Shown: positions 11,273 to 24,979, counted from the stretch's first letter. The stretch is DNA of 64,000 nucleotides from Octopus sinensis (GCF_006345805.1 NC_042997.1:56792001-56856000), one strand, 5' to 3'. The notes: generated from the sequence alone by a model not told the origin. Translations and numbers: made by a program.

Positions 11273-12413
11273 TGTTAAAAATATTTCAATATATTATCTT
11301 TCTCTATGGAAGATGATTACTCATCACATCCACTTTGCATCATTATATCTTACACTCTCTTTACTCTTTGCTCTTTTACTTGTTTCAGTCATTTGACTGC
11401 GGCCATGCTGGAGCACTGCCTTTAGTCGAGCAAATCGACCACGGGACTTATTCTTTGTAAGCCCAGTACTTATTCTATCGGTCACTTTTGCCGAACCGCT
11501 AAGTGACGGGGACGTAAACACACCAGCATCGGTTGTCAAGCAATGCTAGGGGGACAAACACAGACACACAAACATATACACACACACTTATATGTATATA
11601 CATATATACGACAGGCTTCTTTCAGTTTCCGTCGACCAAATCCACTCACAAGGCATTGGTCAGCCCGGGGCTATAGCAGAAGACACTTGCCCAAGATGCC
11701 ATGTAGTGGGACTGAACCCGGAACCATGTGGTTGGTTAGCAAGCTACTTACCACACAACCACTCCATATTTTTTCATTTATCTAACTTTTCCATCTAACA
11801 ATCGCATGACCCACCATATATTGAGCTAACCCTTTATCTACCTCTCCCTACACCTCCTTCTCTTTTCACAGGTCTTTTTTTTTATAAAAAAATATATCTT
11901 TCCTTAGTATATAATATACCTATATATTTTTCTGTATTTTATTTTATTTGCATAATGCGTCCTTTTAAACCCCCTCAACACACCTATTCTAACTAATACT
12001 ATTTTATGTTACTTGTTACTCTGCCTGATAATTAAATATATTTTACTGCTGATATATGCAAACATATATAATACTTCTTAGTATCCTACATGCCTACAGC
12101 CATGTGTGCATAACTACATATGGATCTTATATGGCATCAGTGTGTGCATATCTATTATTATTGCATTCATTCACTATATGTTGCCACTAACATGTATTTT
12201 TTAATATGAACATGTGCACATATATGTATGTTTGCATACCGACACACATATATGTACTACTGTTTTTATATGTGTCTGTACTTTTGTTAAATGTGAGGGT
12301 TAAATCTTAGAGTTCAGTCCACTGTTTTAACCTTTGTAATTAGATGCTTTTACTTAGTATGTTAGCTTTTAAGGAATTGGTATTTAATGATTCACAAACA
12401 ATGTAGGTAGGTG
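10567..12413 (+). repeat. 133-bp direct repeat (10567-10699 and 12281-12413)
   Basis: CTTTTGTTAAATGTGAGGGT...CAATGTAGGTAGGTG occurs twice; 3 mismatches seen. Confidence 0.9.
11357..11766 (-). mobile_element. tRNA-derived SINE family A, full length
   Basis: Reverse complement of 21378-21787, including the internal TA/TG microsatellite and AAGAGT-type tail. Confidence 0.92.
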
Positions 12414-12649
12414 CGTGTCCGTTTTCTCTCTTTGCATCAGCATGAATATATATAGTCTTATACGTTGTCCCTTCCTTTATGTATTCCTTAATCAAAAAAC
12501 AACTGGAATTCCTGTATCTATGTATACTAATGTGCAGATGTTCCTCTCATCACGTATAAGTAAATATACTAACAATTTTTTCCTTATAAGTTTTTATAGG
12601 ACATTGTGTATAAATTTTTTTGTTTACATACATGCACCCCTAAACTCAT

Positions 12650-13800
12650 AATTTCTTTTATATTCATAATACGCAATACTCTTCTATTACTTATATATTA
12701 ATACAAACCTAATACCACTATATATCCCTTGTACATTATGCCAAGCTAGTTCCTTACCTCATATTTTTATTTATACTTAAACATAGTTACATATAAATTA
12801 AACCCTCTTTTCTCTTTTTTCATTCCAAGCCCATTCATCTCTCTGGCATTGTTATTTAGCTGTACTCCTACATCCAATAACAAATCCTTGAGTGCTCCTT
12901 CTTTATCTTTATACCCACAGCAAGTATTTACTATCTAAATATTAACAACTATTTTTCTGTTTTTACTCATTTTACTACCTTATATTTAATCCATACTAAC
13001 ACATTTTAGTTCTTATGCAAACACTAGTTCATTTTATGAATCCTATTCTCTCCTTAATCCATTTTTGCTTCTATAACATTTGTTTACATTAATGTACAGG
13101 AGCTCTTTATACACTATCTCCTCTAGTTTAACTTTATTCTCATGTATTAAAATTTTTAAATGTACACCACACTCAGTATTGTTTCTAACTGTCAGGTCAT
13201 ATCTTAATTCAAATAAAGCCATGCTTTTCCATTGGACATTTCTATACAATCTTTTCTCTATATGACTTATTTGGAGTTAGAATTTTTAATCTCCTTACTC
13301 ATCTATAGAGGGAACATCTCTAAAACCTCTCTCACTTATATTTTCAAATAATCATTATAGCTTTTAGTTTTAGTTAATACCTAACTGGGCTCACACATAT
13401 CTTTCTTTCTCATAAGGATAAATATGAATCTTCTTGATTTTATTCTGCTTTTTCCTTTCTCAAGTCCTTCATAAAAATTTTGTTTATACTTCTTGCACTG
13501 AAGAGTACAGTGATATATAATCAATTTAATTTAATCTAATTCAACCATGAATTTGCATGGTTTTTATATCGCTGTACGAAACAATTATCTGTGTGAATTA
13601 AAATTCTCTTATATAGTTTAACACATTCTCTTCTCCATTTTTATCAAAATTGTTGAGTTTCATGGGATTTCTTTCCATAAATTCACAACACATCATATAC
13701 AAGTATTATTTTCATATTTGCAATTTTACACCAGTAAACTACCAGCAAAATATGAAGAATCTATATTAGAAATCTTTTTTGGAAAACTCCAAATTAAAGG
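12650..13800 (-). mobile_element. Possible L1/Tx1-like LINE remnant, heavily decayed
   Basis: Broken frames RRFIFILM...GFRDVPSI...WKSMALFELRYDL loosely resemble the post-RT region of Tx1/L1. Confidence 0.35.
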
Positions 13801-14524
13801 ACGAATCTAATTCAACCTTTTTACATATATATTTAGATGTCAAAAAAAGGGTAAAGACCACCTTCAGTCATGAATGACCATGATATTGCACCTAGAAAGT
13901 TACCCTCTAAGGCACAAGTCTGGGTAAGGTTGCTTATGGAAGCCCAGTGGTCACCCATGCACATCAGCCTCCCCTCTCCACACCACTGATGTTATCCAAG
14001 GGATATATATATCATTATCATCATCGTTTGACATCTGCTTTTCATGCTGGCATAGTTTGGATGGTTTGACTAAGAACTAGCAGGCCGGGAGGCTGTGCCA
14101 AGCTTCAATCTGATTTGGCAAGGTTTCTACAGCTGGTTGCCCTTCCTAATGCCATCCACTCCAAGAGTATAGTGGGTCACCAATACATCAAGCTGTTCCT
14201 GAAAAAAGGAAACTGTAAAACAACAAATTTAGGTCAAACATCTGCACAGTGACAATGGAATGAAAATAGATTTATTTAAGTGATATTTTGTGTGTGTGTG
14301 TGTGTGTATCCTTCTGTGTAAAGCATCTTTCTGTCTGCATTGCACAATGGACTCTGGACTTGGTACACTCAACTATACACAGAGTTTAGGGATTCGTAGA
14401 AGCCCCATGTAGTTACCAGTGTCTGCACTAAGCTGAGTTCTTTTGATGAGGTTCATTCACCACTCATTTTTGATCTCTCAAAGTTTGTACTGGAAATTGT
14501 TGCAGACAAGGTAGAAGGCTGCTT

Positions 14525-15235
14525 TCTTCCCAGATCAGTATGCAAACAGTGCATTCGGCAGCTTCTACAAAGGAGCCTGGAATAATGACAACCTGAAGAA
14601 AGAGTTCAAGCTCATTGTATACAGAACTGTCATTTTGACCATCTGCTTGTAAGGTTCAGAGTGGTGGGTCATCTATTGGCATTACCTATGACTTCTTGGA
14701 TGATTCCATCGGCACTGCTTTCACATCATCCTAAGCATCCACTGGAATGACCGTGTCACTAACATTGAGGTCCTAGAGCAGAAGGTCACCAGTATTGAAG
14801 CGACTCCACTGAAGACACAGGCTGACTGGGCAGGACACATCATTAGGATAGAGGATCAACTTTCCAAGATCATACTGTACAGCAAACTTTTCTCTGATCC
14901 TCATGATAGAGGAGCACCAAAGAAGAGGTACAAGGACTCCCTAAAAGAATTCCTTAGTTCCTTCCATGTTGATCACCACCTGAGATCTGTTCTTGTCACT
15001 GACAGTGAAACCTGGTGTCTCACTGTCCACCAAACAACAACCTCCTTGAAGACCCCCACAGGACCATCATTGCAGATAAGAGAAAGAGGAAGAAAAACAG
15101 GAACACCACATCCAGCCCTGATCAGTCCACCTTCTCACACAACCTCTGTGGTCATGCTGGTTTGTCCCATATCAGACCCAGGCATCAGCAAGCCTGCAGC
15201 AGACATGAATGCTTCCTTCTGTAAATTTTTGCTTG
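14525..15235 (+). mobile_element. RTE-BovB-like LINE 3' fragment
   Basis: ANSAFG...WNNDNLKKEFKLIVYRTVIL...HWNDRVTNIEVLEQ...WAGHIIR...RGAPKKRYKDSLK, plus a terminal CxxC..H finger. Frameshifted. Confidence 0.85.
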
Positions 15236-15535
15236 CAAGCCAAGCCATGATGATGATGATACATACATACAAACACACTTGTGTGTGTAATAATATATTT
15301 GTCTCCCCCTTTTTTTTTGTTTGCTTTGCTTTGACTACGTAAAAGGCAATCTTTTATATAAAACAATTTTTCATATGATCACCCAATTTTAACTTTTAAT
15401 TGAATACTCCAGAAATAAATCGTAATTCACTCTGTCTAAAACAGCAAGCTACTGGGTTTAAAGTCTGTTTGATAAATGCCATGCATGAAACTCTTGAGTC
15501 TAGAGTCAGTTTTACAACTCTCTACTAATTAAAAC

Positions 15536-15566
<31 letters not shown>

Positions 15567-16574
15567 CCATGCAAAAATGCATAGGATGTACAAATCTACA
15601 GACTACTCACTTGCACATGCCACACGCCATGTTTTTTTCATCCTTTATCTATTAGCCCATTTCTATTCCCTTCTGTAAAAGGTAGTGTCTGAATGTTTGT
15701 ACATTCATTCTCCTGACCAATGAACCTGGATATTACCAACAAAGACTTCTTATTATTCTAGTTCAAAGTTTTCCTGTCCGATATTTCTAAATTCATTTGA
15801 TGTCTATACTGCACTCTGAACTCATCCAAAGTAGATCCAATCTGATCCTGTAACTTGGTTTAGTTTGGTGGTGATTACTCATGAATTCACTCTTTCAAAC
15901 TTAGTGACACATTGCAAAAAAGTCTGTAGCGGCACAAGCAGTCAGTGCCATATTGGATGAGATCTTGCGGCAGCCATTGTCATCTCTGAGGCTGGAGTGG
16001 GACCTCACCTGCATCCACTTGCCATGCGTGAGATCACAACAAGGTTCGCGATGGCAAACTGTATGTAAGGGCCAAACAGAAATAGATTCATTCTTTCCAC
16101 TTCTTCGCAGCAGCGCTTGCTGAGTACACTTCTCTGGTTGGGTCTGTCTGCATGTTGTACCTCCAAAGGCAATGTGCCCACACTAATGGAGACACAACAC
16201 AATGCACACAGCGTGAGATGGTTGCTGAGAGCAACACACTTCACCTATTCTGTGAAACTTGTAAATAAACCGATTGTAAATTGCATTTGTACTTAAAGAC
16301 TTCTTTCTTCTCCTGAACTACATGAAGAACAAGATATAATGGGAGAAGGCAATATTCTCCCAATATTGTAAACCTTGCCTTCCATTATAAGTCCAAGCAT
16401 ATTTTTATGAATCTAGCTATCCAGGTTCACTAACCGCAATTTCAGGTATTGTTGCATTACACCAAAAATTCCTGTCCATCAATAGGACTCTCTTCAGAAA
16501 ATATATTTTTCTAATTGAATGTTATCAGTTTGCATTACTGGTTCTCTGGTTTTCTAGTTCTCCAATTTCATACT

Positions 16575-16930
16575 ATTGTGCATGTACAACAGAGTGCAGG
16601 AGAGAAGACTGTGCTGGTATGGTCATGTGATATGTATGGATGAGGACATCTGCATAAAAAAGTGCATGCTGAGTGATTGTGGACAGTACCAGTGACATAT
16701 AAAAGACACCTGTGCCAGTGACACATAAAAGGTACCCATACTGGTGACACATAAAAGGCATCCACTACACTCTCAGAGCGATTGGTGTTAGGAAGGGCAT
16801 CCAGCTGGAGAAAGCAAGCCAAAATCAGACTGGAGCTTGGTACAGATCTCTGGCTTACTAGTTCTAGTCAAACCACCTAACCCATACCAGCATGGAAAAT
16901 GGATGCTAAATGATGACGATGATGACGATA
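16575..16930 (+). mobile_element. RTE 3' end and UTR with (GAT)n tail (other tail copies at about 14020-14180 -, 20385-20690 -, 28340-28510 +, 34785-35160 -, 53955-54145 +)
   Basis: Shared GCCCTTCCTAACGCCAACCAC / CCATGCTAGCATGG...GATGATGAT motifs with 6868-7260. Confidence 0.8.
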
Positions 16931-19900
16931 ATGATTGAGCCAAAGTTAGAAGGAAAGTTGTAAAACATGGATGAGTATGACTTAAATAAGTTTAGGAAGA
17001 TTTTTTAATCTTTTCAAGGGTTATGATATTTCTATAACAGTTCTAGAATTCTTTATACACCTCTCAAAAAAGCATAAAATTTATTTTTGCACAGTATTTT
17101 CTTGTTCTTCAGAAGTTTATTCTGATAAGACTTCGCCATCAAAATGTTAGAGAACTCATATCCAAAGTCATTTTTTTTTCATATAGGAGATGTTGTGATT
17201 CAATGTTTGAATTCATTTCAAGATTCATACCAAATTCTTGTAACCATGAAAGATGCAAAACTGCAGAGGATACAATATTGATTTGACATTCTTTGTAGAA
17301 TAACAGAAAGTTTTTTCTTCTCAATTTCATTCACTACATGTCACCTACATAAAGTTCATCAATTGCACTGGAGCAAATATCATGTAATTCCTTTACTTAA
17401 TACATGGAACAACAAGATGTCATTTGAAAATGTAATTTTAATGCATTCATCTGGCTAAGAACTCTCTTTTCACAATTACTTACCATTATCCATTTAGTAG
17501 CTAAAACAAGAGAACAAATGGTTCTCTACTATCACTGAAATAGCAACCTTCAGTTTACATTTTAGAGTCTTAAATATAGATGAATTTTAAAAAATCACTG
17601 TACTACCTTTAAGATAGCATGTTAATGCAGTATAAATTTATTAATAAACACCATTGACAAGATATGGTCAGTTTGAATGCAAAAAAAAGTAAAGGACTAG
17701 CAAACATGTCACAAGGTCATCTTGTGGCTTTAGCTTGCCTGGGAATTGTGTCAGCAGTCAGTTAAAATACTGGTTTCAGACATTTCATACCAAACTTTAC
17801 ACACAAGAAGACGTGCAAAGCACTTTTGAAAAATGGGAAATCTCAATTACCTATACTAATAGATAAATAATTAAAATGATGTCTTTTTAGTTTTTAACAA
17901 TTGGTTCTCTGAGTGTAAATCTTCGTGTTAGTGATCCTGATATTAGAGTGGGTATCTTGAAGGGGTGAGGGGAAGGACAGAATGGACCATACATTGCACA
18001 AACTTAACCCAATTTAAACAAAGCAACATACAAAACATTGGTTTATACAAGTTTATACTGGCAATCCCAATTTGAAATTTTGCGTGTGCAGTTATAATGA
18101 CGATAATACTTTGCACTAGATTTTTGGGTAATTGCATGTCCTATTTACTTTCTAGAATGACAAATCAGTCTTTTCATATAAAAGTATTTAATATTAAAAT
18201 CCAAATATGCTTAAGTGCATACTGCCTTGAAAAATCTATAATATTTATTACATTGCATGAGGTCCCCAAAAGCAAAAGCTTTATGAAAAGTAATTTTCAT
18301 TATTGGTTGAAAACAATGAATAGTGATAAAGAAGAATATCTTAATAGAAGTTTGAATTAAACATACACATACTCAAAACATCTACATATACATATAATTT
18401 AAAGGATTTTGCTGTAAATGTTAGTTAAGATATCTTTTATTCAAACTATGAAAATAGTAGACAAGCAGTCAGTTTTGCTTAGCAATAAGTAAGTTTTTAC
18501 ACAATGATACTGTCCCATTCTTTTGAAAAAGTTGCAACCTTTTATACTGAAAATTTCAAATGTGATCTCTCTGAAATATTTACCTTGAAGTCATTTCTCT
18601 AAAAATTTAAGGAGAAAATATAAAACATGTGAGACCATATTGACATTATGCACCAATCCAAAATAGACATGTCTGTCATGGTTTAATTTTGTTAATAGAA
18701 GTGTCCTTTCCCTAATTCCCATTGCAATTCTTCTTGTTTCTTTTTTATTATTTCTGTGGTAATACAAGTCTTGAGATGAAAGAATGTGTGCCTACATTCC
18801 ACCTAATATCAACATAGAAGGTATTGAATGAATATCCACTCCTTATATCTTTTAGAAGTTGCTTAATAATTTCAGCTAACCCTTGTCTATCTGTTGATGA
18901 AATTTCATCTGCTTACATTGACTTTGAAAAATGCAAGTACAAGATTGAGTTCCTTACCCAATTAAAAATATAAAATTAATATTCTATTATTTTATTTTGT
19001 GCATGACATCCAATCATTTGAATTTCAAACATCAGCTTCGAATTGTGACCACAGAAATATCAAGAATTCATTGAAAGCAAGCAGTACATACTTTCCACCT
19101 TATTGTGTTCAAATGTATGTTACAACCAGGAGTTAGTAATCACCAATATTAAGGATGCCTAATGGTTTCTACATATTTTGGAGAGGTGCATAGTCAGTTA
19201 TATTAACCTAGTATTTAATTGGTATGTATTTTACTGACTCCGGAAGGATAAGGATAAAAATTAACCTTGGCATGGTTTGAAATCAGAATGGAAAAAAACA
19301 TTAAATTTGTGATTTACATTTGCAATCTACTTTGCCAATTTTGCCTTTCACAGCCCTTTTTTATGATATGTAATAACATTTTATTACATGTGGATAGTTA
19401 CAGTAATTCATACGCATTCAAATCAGACCATCACCAAACACTAAAAAAAGTTTTTTTTTCCCTTTTTCTAATCAAACTCCACACTTACTAAAGTGGGTCT
19501 CGCTTCTAGTTATAGTTCTCTGTAACCAAATAGTTATTGGTTGCAACTCTTCAATGTATTGTACTATACATTAAGCCTGAGTTATACACACAAACTCAAA
19601 AAGTTATTGTTTGCTTCATTTTACATGTATATATATAAACCTCATTCTTGTGTCTCTGTTACAGTTGAACAAAGTAACAATTCCTTACTTCAGCTACTCT
19701 AAAATAAAATATTGTATTTCAGAATGACTTTAAGTGTATTTTTTTTAGATAAAAGCTCAAGTTTCAATGAAATTCTTGACCTTGAATACATCCTTCATCA
19801 CAAAATTTGCAAAACTCCATTTTAGTCTTGACCTAGATTACTATTAACAGATGTGAATACGAAAGGAATGTGCTAATGTAGATAAAACATTAATTTGATC

Positions 19901-21377
19901 GTTAATGCTCCTTATTCTCTTTAATACCATTTTTGAACCAAAAAAGATCAACAATTTCAACTGTACTTAAAGAAATCTGTAACTCTTGAGTGCCACATGA
20001 AATATTTGCTAGTATGGTAAAGACACAATTAGTAACATATATATTATGTTATGTATGTATGTATGTATGTATGTATGTATGTATGTATGTATGTATGTAT
20101 GTATGTATGTATGTAGGTACGTATGTGTGTGTATGTGTGTATGTATGTATGCATGCATGTATGCATGTATGTATGTATACACATACACACACACACATAC
20201 ACACACACACTAGCAATGCCACCCAGCGTAGCCTGGGTGTTGTGGCCTCCAGCCACATTGTATCATTTGTTCTTTTCTTATGGGCAAAATCAGCAAATGA
20301 AGAGCATGAAGCAAATAACTCTTCTTTATGATGCTGCAGTTTCTGTCCACCAAATTCAGTCACAAGTCTGTGGCTGGCCTAGGGATCATCATCATCATCA
20401 TCCTCATCATCGTTTAACGTCCGTTCTCCATGCTAGCATGGGTTGGACGGTTCGACCGGGGATCTGGGAAGCCAGAAGGCTGCACCAGGCTCCAGTCTTA
20501 TCTGGCAATTTTTTACAGCTGGATGCCCTTCCTAACGCCAACCACTCTGTGAGTGTAGTGGGTGCTTTTTACGTGCCACCCGCACAGGTGCCAGGCGAGG
20601 CTGGCAATGGCCACGGTCGGATTGGTGCAATTTACGTGCCACCGGCACGGAAGCCAGTCGAGGCGGCGCTGGCATCGGCCACGATTCGGATATTGTAGAA
20701 TATACTTGCCCAAGGTATCATGCAGAGGGACTGAACAAGGAACCATGTAGTTGGGAAGCAAACTTCTCAACCATACAGTCATTCTTGCACCTAGTATGTG
20801 TGTGTGTTTGCATTTGTTGTTGAATCAAGTATTGTGTCCCACTATGTCTCACAGTTAGCAGTTCATCAAACAGAGATCTATAAAATAAATGCCAGATTCA
20901 AATACGTACTGAGGTCAATATGATCAATTAAATTTTTGAAGGTGATACTCCATCATGGCAACAGCCAAAAGACTAAACCCAGTAAAATAATGTCTAAAGA
21001 CTTAATGGCTTCAAATTTAAGGTAATGGATTACTAACCACAAGATAATGAGTTCAAAACTTCATATTCAACTTCCACTCTATATGATAACAGTATATGTA
21101 CATCTCAGTCTACTTGACTGCTAACAATTAACAATTGTAATTTGAAGTTGAATTGTTAGCAGCAAAAAGAAAACCAGATTTCTTTAAAAATCATTGTGCA
21201 AAATATTCAGAGAAAAAGTATTTTTTTCACCACAACAAAACACATACACACTCACAGGTGAGTCTATGGTAACTTGAGCCACTATAAATAGCAGCCAAAT
21301 CTCTCATAAAACACACCCTTTCATCAAAAGAAAGACATAGATTTACAGTATTTCAGGAAGAAAAAAAAAACAAACTA

Positions 21378-21787
21378 GGCGCAGGAGTGGCTGTGTGGTA
21401 AGTAGCTTGCTAACCAACCACATGGTTCCGGGTTCAGTCCCACTGCGTGGCATCTTGGGCAAGTGTCTTCTGCTATAGCCCCGGGCCGACCAATGCCTTG
21501 TGAGTGGATTTGGTAGACGGAAACTGAAAGAAGCCTGTCGTATATATATATATATAAGTGTGTGTGTATATGTTTGTGTGTCTGTGTTTGTCCCCCTAGC
21601 ATTGCTTGACAACCGATGCTGGTGTGTTTACGTCCCCGTCACTTAGCGGTTTGGCAAAATAGACCGATAGAATAAGTACTGGGCTTACAAAGAATAAGTC
21701 CTGGGGTCGATTTGCTCGACTAAAAGGCGGTGCTCCAGCATGGCCACAGTCAAATGACTGAAACAAGTAAAAGAGTAAAAGAGTAAA
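21378..21787 (+). mobile_element. tRNA-derived SINE family A, full length (partial copies at about 7810-7975, 20690-20790, 24310-24450, 34145-34290, 36700-37115, 54425-54535)
   Basis: A/B-box head, internal microsatellite, GGCGGTGCTCCAGCATGGCC core and (AAAGAGT)n tail. Possible TSD AAACTA at 21372-21377 and 21785-21790. Confidence 0.93.
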
Positions 21788-22876
21788 CTATGTGATGGGT
21801 CTGCTACATCAGAGGCAGCTCTGGGCTAAACAAAACATGGACAAACATACTTTACATTAAAAGATTATCTTCTAAACAATACTAATAAAGTTGATGGTAT
21901 ATCTTCGAAATTTCATTCCCTGGTAAAATTCTATGTATTTTAAACATTTTCTCATTATGCTCTGTATAAGACGTATTGTTCAGGCGGAGTTGCCTCCCTT
22001 AGCTAAAGACCTCAAAATTGTGCAACTCAGCCTCGGTTTTGAGGTTATTTTTGTAGTAAAAAAGAATTGTGCAAAAAACATACTTTATTTGGTAGCTGAA
22101 ACATATGTCAAAATCAGCAACTCAGTTTTTGAATCCATAAGGAACATACACACACACATGAACACACACAAACTCTGTTTTATATATTAAGATAGCTACT
22201 AAACCTTTTTCTATTTTCTTACCCTGTTTATTTCTGTGTTCCTTCCTGTTGAAGAGTGTAGGCTCAAACCCTAAAAGACTTTCTCACTTCCTGAACATTA
22301 GACTGATACATCTGTTTGTTGTTTACACAACCATCTTCATCTTTTGTTTTTTTGTAAATTATCACTATATATATATATATATATTTATTTATTTATATAT
22401 TTATTAAAAGAAAACAGACTTCTACATGAAGCACTTTATGTTTTACATTATTTTTCTTCAAGATTATATTTTCTGTTTCTCCATTTTTAATTCCCACATC
22501 TGAAGGAATATTTAAGATAACTGCATAATAGTACCAATATTATATAAGTTCTTTAAACTCACATATACATTAACTGAAGCATTCTCTTAGTAATCTTGCA
22601 GTAATTGTTTATGGTTGTTGTTTTCTACAACTGTTCATATCAATACAGTTTTATATATAAGAGATGAGGAATTATGTACATTATTTACATTTGACGGATA
22701 TTTGTCCTCATCTTGTTTGTTGTTAACACAACTTTTTAGCGGATATACCCTCCAGCCTTCATTAAGTGTCTTGGGGAAATTTTGAACCTGGGTTCTCATT
22801 CCTAAGGTATTTTTCGATGTTATTATTATTATTATTATTTAGGTCACTGCTATTATTATTATTATTATTATTATTA

Positions 22877-22924
<48 letters not shown>

Positions 22925-23623
22925 AGTCAGTGTAAAGAGAGGGATTGCTCAATGCCTAAAACATCAAGCAAAGAATATAAGTTATGTTCGTGATACACAC
23001 CATGAAGAAATGATCAAGCTCAATAACAATCTGTTAAGCAACAACTACCCCAAAAACATACTATCTACTCCAATTATGAAGAAAAGAGAGGATGAAACCA
23101 ATAAACTGTCTACAGTCTGTCTACCCTATGTGAAAGGCCTCTCCAAAAAGATACAAAAGATATGTGATCTATATGACATCAGAACAGTATTCAAGAGTAA
23201 TACAACACTTTGCAAATATCTCCTTCAAGTAAAACTACCAATAGAAGAGAATATGATCAAAGACTGTGTGTACTCTATCCCATGCAGCTGTGGTAGGTTA
23301 CACAAAGGTGAGACATGCCTCCTCCCCCCAAAATAAGGGTAGATGAACAATGCAAAGCTGTGACACGAGGAGATATTGATAAACCGGGTATAGCTGATCA
23401 TGTATGGAAAAATGGAGACCCCCTTCCCTGAGGAATGAAGTTAAAATAATAGACAGAGAACAACACTGGAAAATACAAAAACTAAAAGAAGCAGCACATA
23501 TGCTAGGACACAACAATCTCCTAAGCAGAGTGCAGATATGAGTAGCATATGGGAACTAGTATTAAAGAAGGATAGAAAAATATTAGATTTATAAGCCCTA
23601 AAATTCACCCCATAATTTCCCAT

Positions 23624-23696
23624 GGGCATATGGTGCAGTGGTTAAGAGCACAGGCTACTAACCCCAAGATTCCAAGGTTGATTCCAAGCAGTGACC
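23624..23696 (+). promoter_or_regulatory. tRNA-like (Pol III A/B box) head directly 3' of the PLE ORF
   Basis: GGGCATATGGTGCAGTGGTTAAGAGCAC-AGG-CTACTAA-CCCC...GGTTGATTCC. Degenerate, not a functional tRNA. Confidence 0.65.
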
Positions 23697-23758
23697 TGAA
23701 TAATAATAACATCGAAAAATACCTTAGGAATGAGAACCCAGGTTCAAAATTTCCTCAA

Positions 23759-23804
23759 GACACCTGATGAAGGCTGGAGGGTATATCAGCCAAAACGTTT
23801 TGTT
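23759..23804 (+). ncRNA. Minimal hammerhead ribozyme relic in the pseudo-LTR
   Basis: GACAC-CUGAUGA-A-GGCUG/CAGCC-(A)AAAC-GUU. G12 appears mutated to A here. The inverted copy (about 22720-22770) keeps the GUGUU stem I strand but has a mutated core. Confidence 0.6.
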
Positions 23805-24979
23805 AACAACAAACAAGATGAGGATAAATATCTGTCAAATGTAAATAATGTAAATAATATTCATATCAATCACCATCGACAAATAATACACATCTTCATA
23901 AGGACTCCAGACATTGACTGGCTAAAAACTTAACATTCTTGTAAGGCACTTGAGCATGCACACACAGATACATACATACACAATAACAGTAATGCTCAGA
24001 TATTCATCTACATACACATATACAGATGTGTTCATTTTACACTTACTTTTCCATGCTTGCATAGGTTGGACAAATATTTTATTCAAAGCACTGTTTCACA
24101 ATCAGATGCTTTTATAAGGCAAATTCTTACTGTTTTTTAGATAAAGAATAATTTATTCCACATGGCCACAAAGACACAAAGTGCCAAGACAGTTTTTGAC
24201 AGGAGCAACTGACAACAACACTGCATACAAGTGATCGCAAATGTAAACATATGGACATGTGCATGCACACACATACATACGCACACACCCACAATGTGCA
24301 TCTTCTGGTTTCCATCTACCAAATCCACTCACAAGGCTTTGAATGGCCTGGGGTTATAGTAGAGGACATTTGTCCCAGGTGTCATACAGTATGACTGAAC
24401 TTGAAACTACACGATTATGTAGAAAGCTTCTCAACCACACAACCATGCCTACACCTACACCATAATTATAAAATCCATCTTACATGAAGGTATGAACTCA
24501 GTAGTGTCACAAGTTGCAAAAGAAGCTCTCTACTGGCAATATATGAATGGGATGAACTTTAATGAGGACTAAATCCTTTTTGTAACAAAACAATTATGCC
24601 AACAAGCAACATTTGTTGAAAATAATAGTTGAATATGGTAATTTTCTTCTGATAATGATATGTGTAATTTTATTCCCACATCTGTAAATATTACAGAAAA
24701 AAATCATGACAAATGACATTATCTTAGATAAGGCATGACTTTAACAATAAGTGATGCTCCTGCTACTACTATACTGCCTAATAATCAGGCAGACCATTCT
24801 ATACCATCACATAGCAAAACTGTTTGCCAACCTACTGTCTGTCAATTGATAGAGCAAGGAATATAAGCACTTTCAGTGTATTTTCAGTGAAATATTTTAA
24901 TAGAGGATTATTTCATTTGTAAAACTCTCCTGTTATTAAAGACAACATCTGACTAATCCTCTTACTCATTTTTTAACAC

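Larger units (their letters stand above)
22678..23852 (+). mobile_element. Penelope-like 3' fragment (thumb and GIY-YIG) flanked by inverted pseudo-LTRs
   Basis: ORF 23010-23336 (VCLPYVKGLSKKI...DIRTVFKS...CVYSIPCSCGRLHKGET). Inverted repeats at about 22678-22850 and 23688-23852. Confidence 0.9.

Noticed and set aside
13395-13497. Apparent minus-strand exon with good splice signals (CKKYKQNFYEGLEKGK...)
   Set aside because: Joining it to the 9574 exon creates an immediate TAA, and the frame continues into L1/Tx1-like decayed sequence.
15890-16270. Possible Tx1-like LINE 3' fragment
   Set aside because: Only a faint resemblance (KVRDGKLY); too decayed to list as a feature.
17484-22095. Possible minus-strand micro-exons of 17 nt (17484-17500), 10 nt (19689-19698) and 12 nt (22084-22095)
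   Set aside because: Such signals arise by chance in AT-rich DNA, and the 10-nt plus 17-nt join has stops in all frames. They cannot be supported without RNA data.
23624-23696. Functional tRNA gene (also the SINE heads at 6694, 21378 and 36149)
   Set aside because: Acceptor and T stems are degenerate and the sequence runs straight into repeat bodies, so these are tRNA-derived only.
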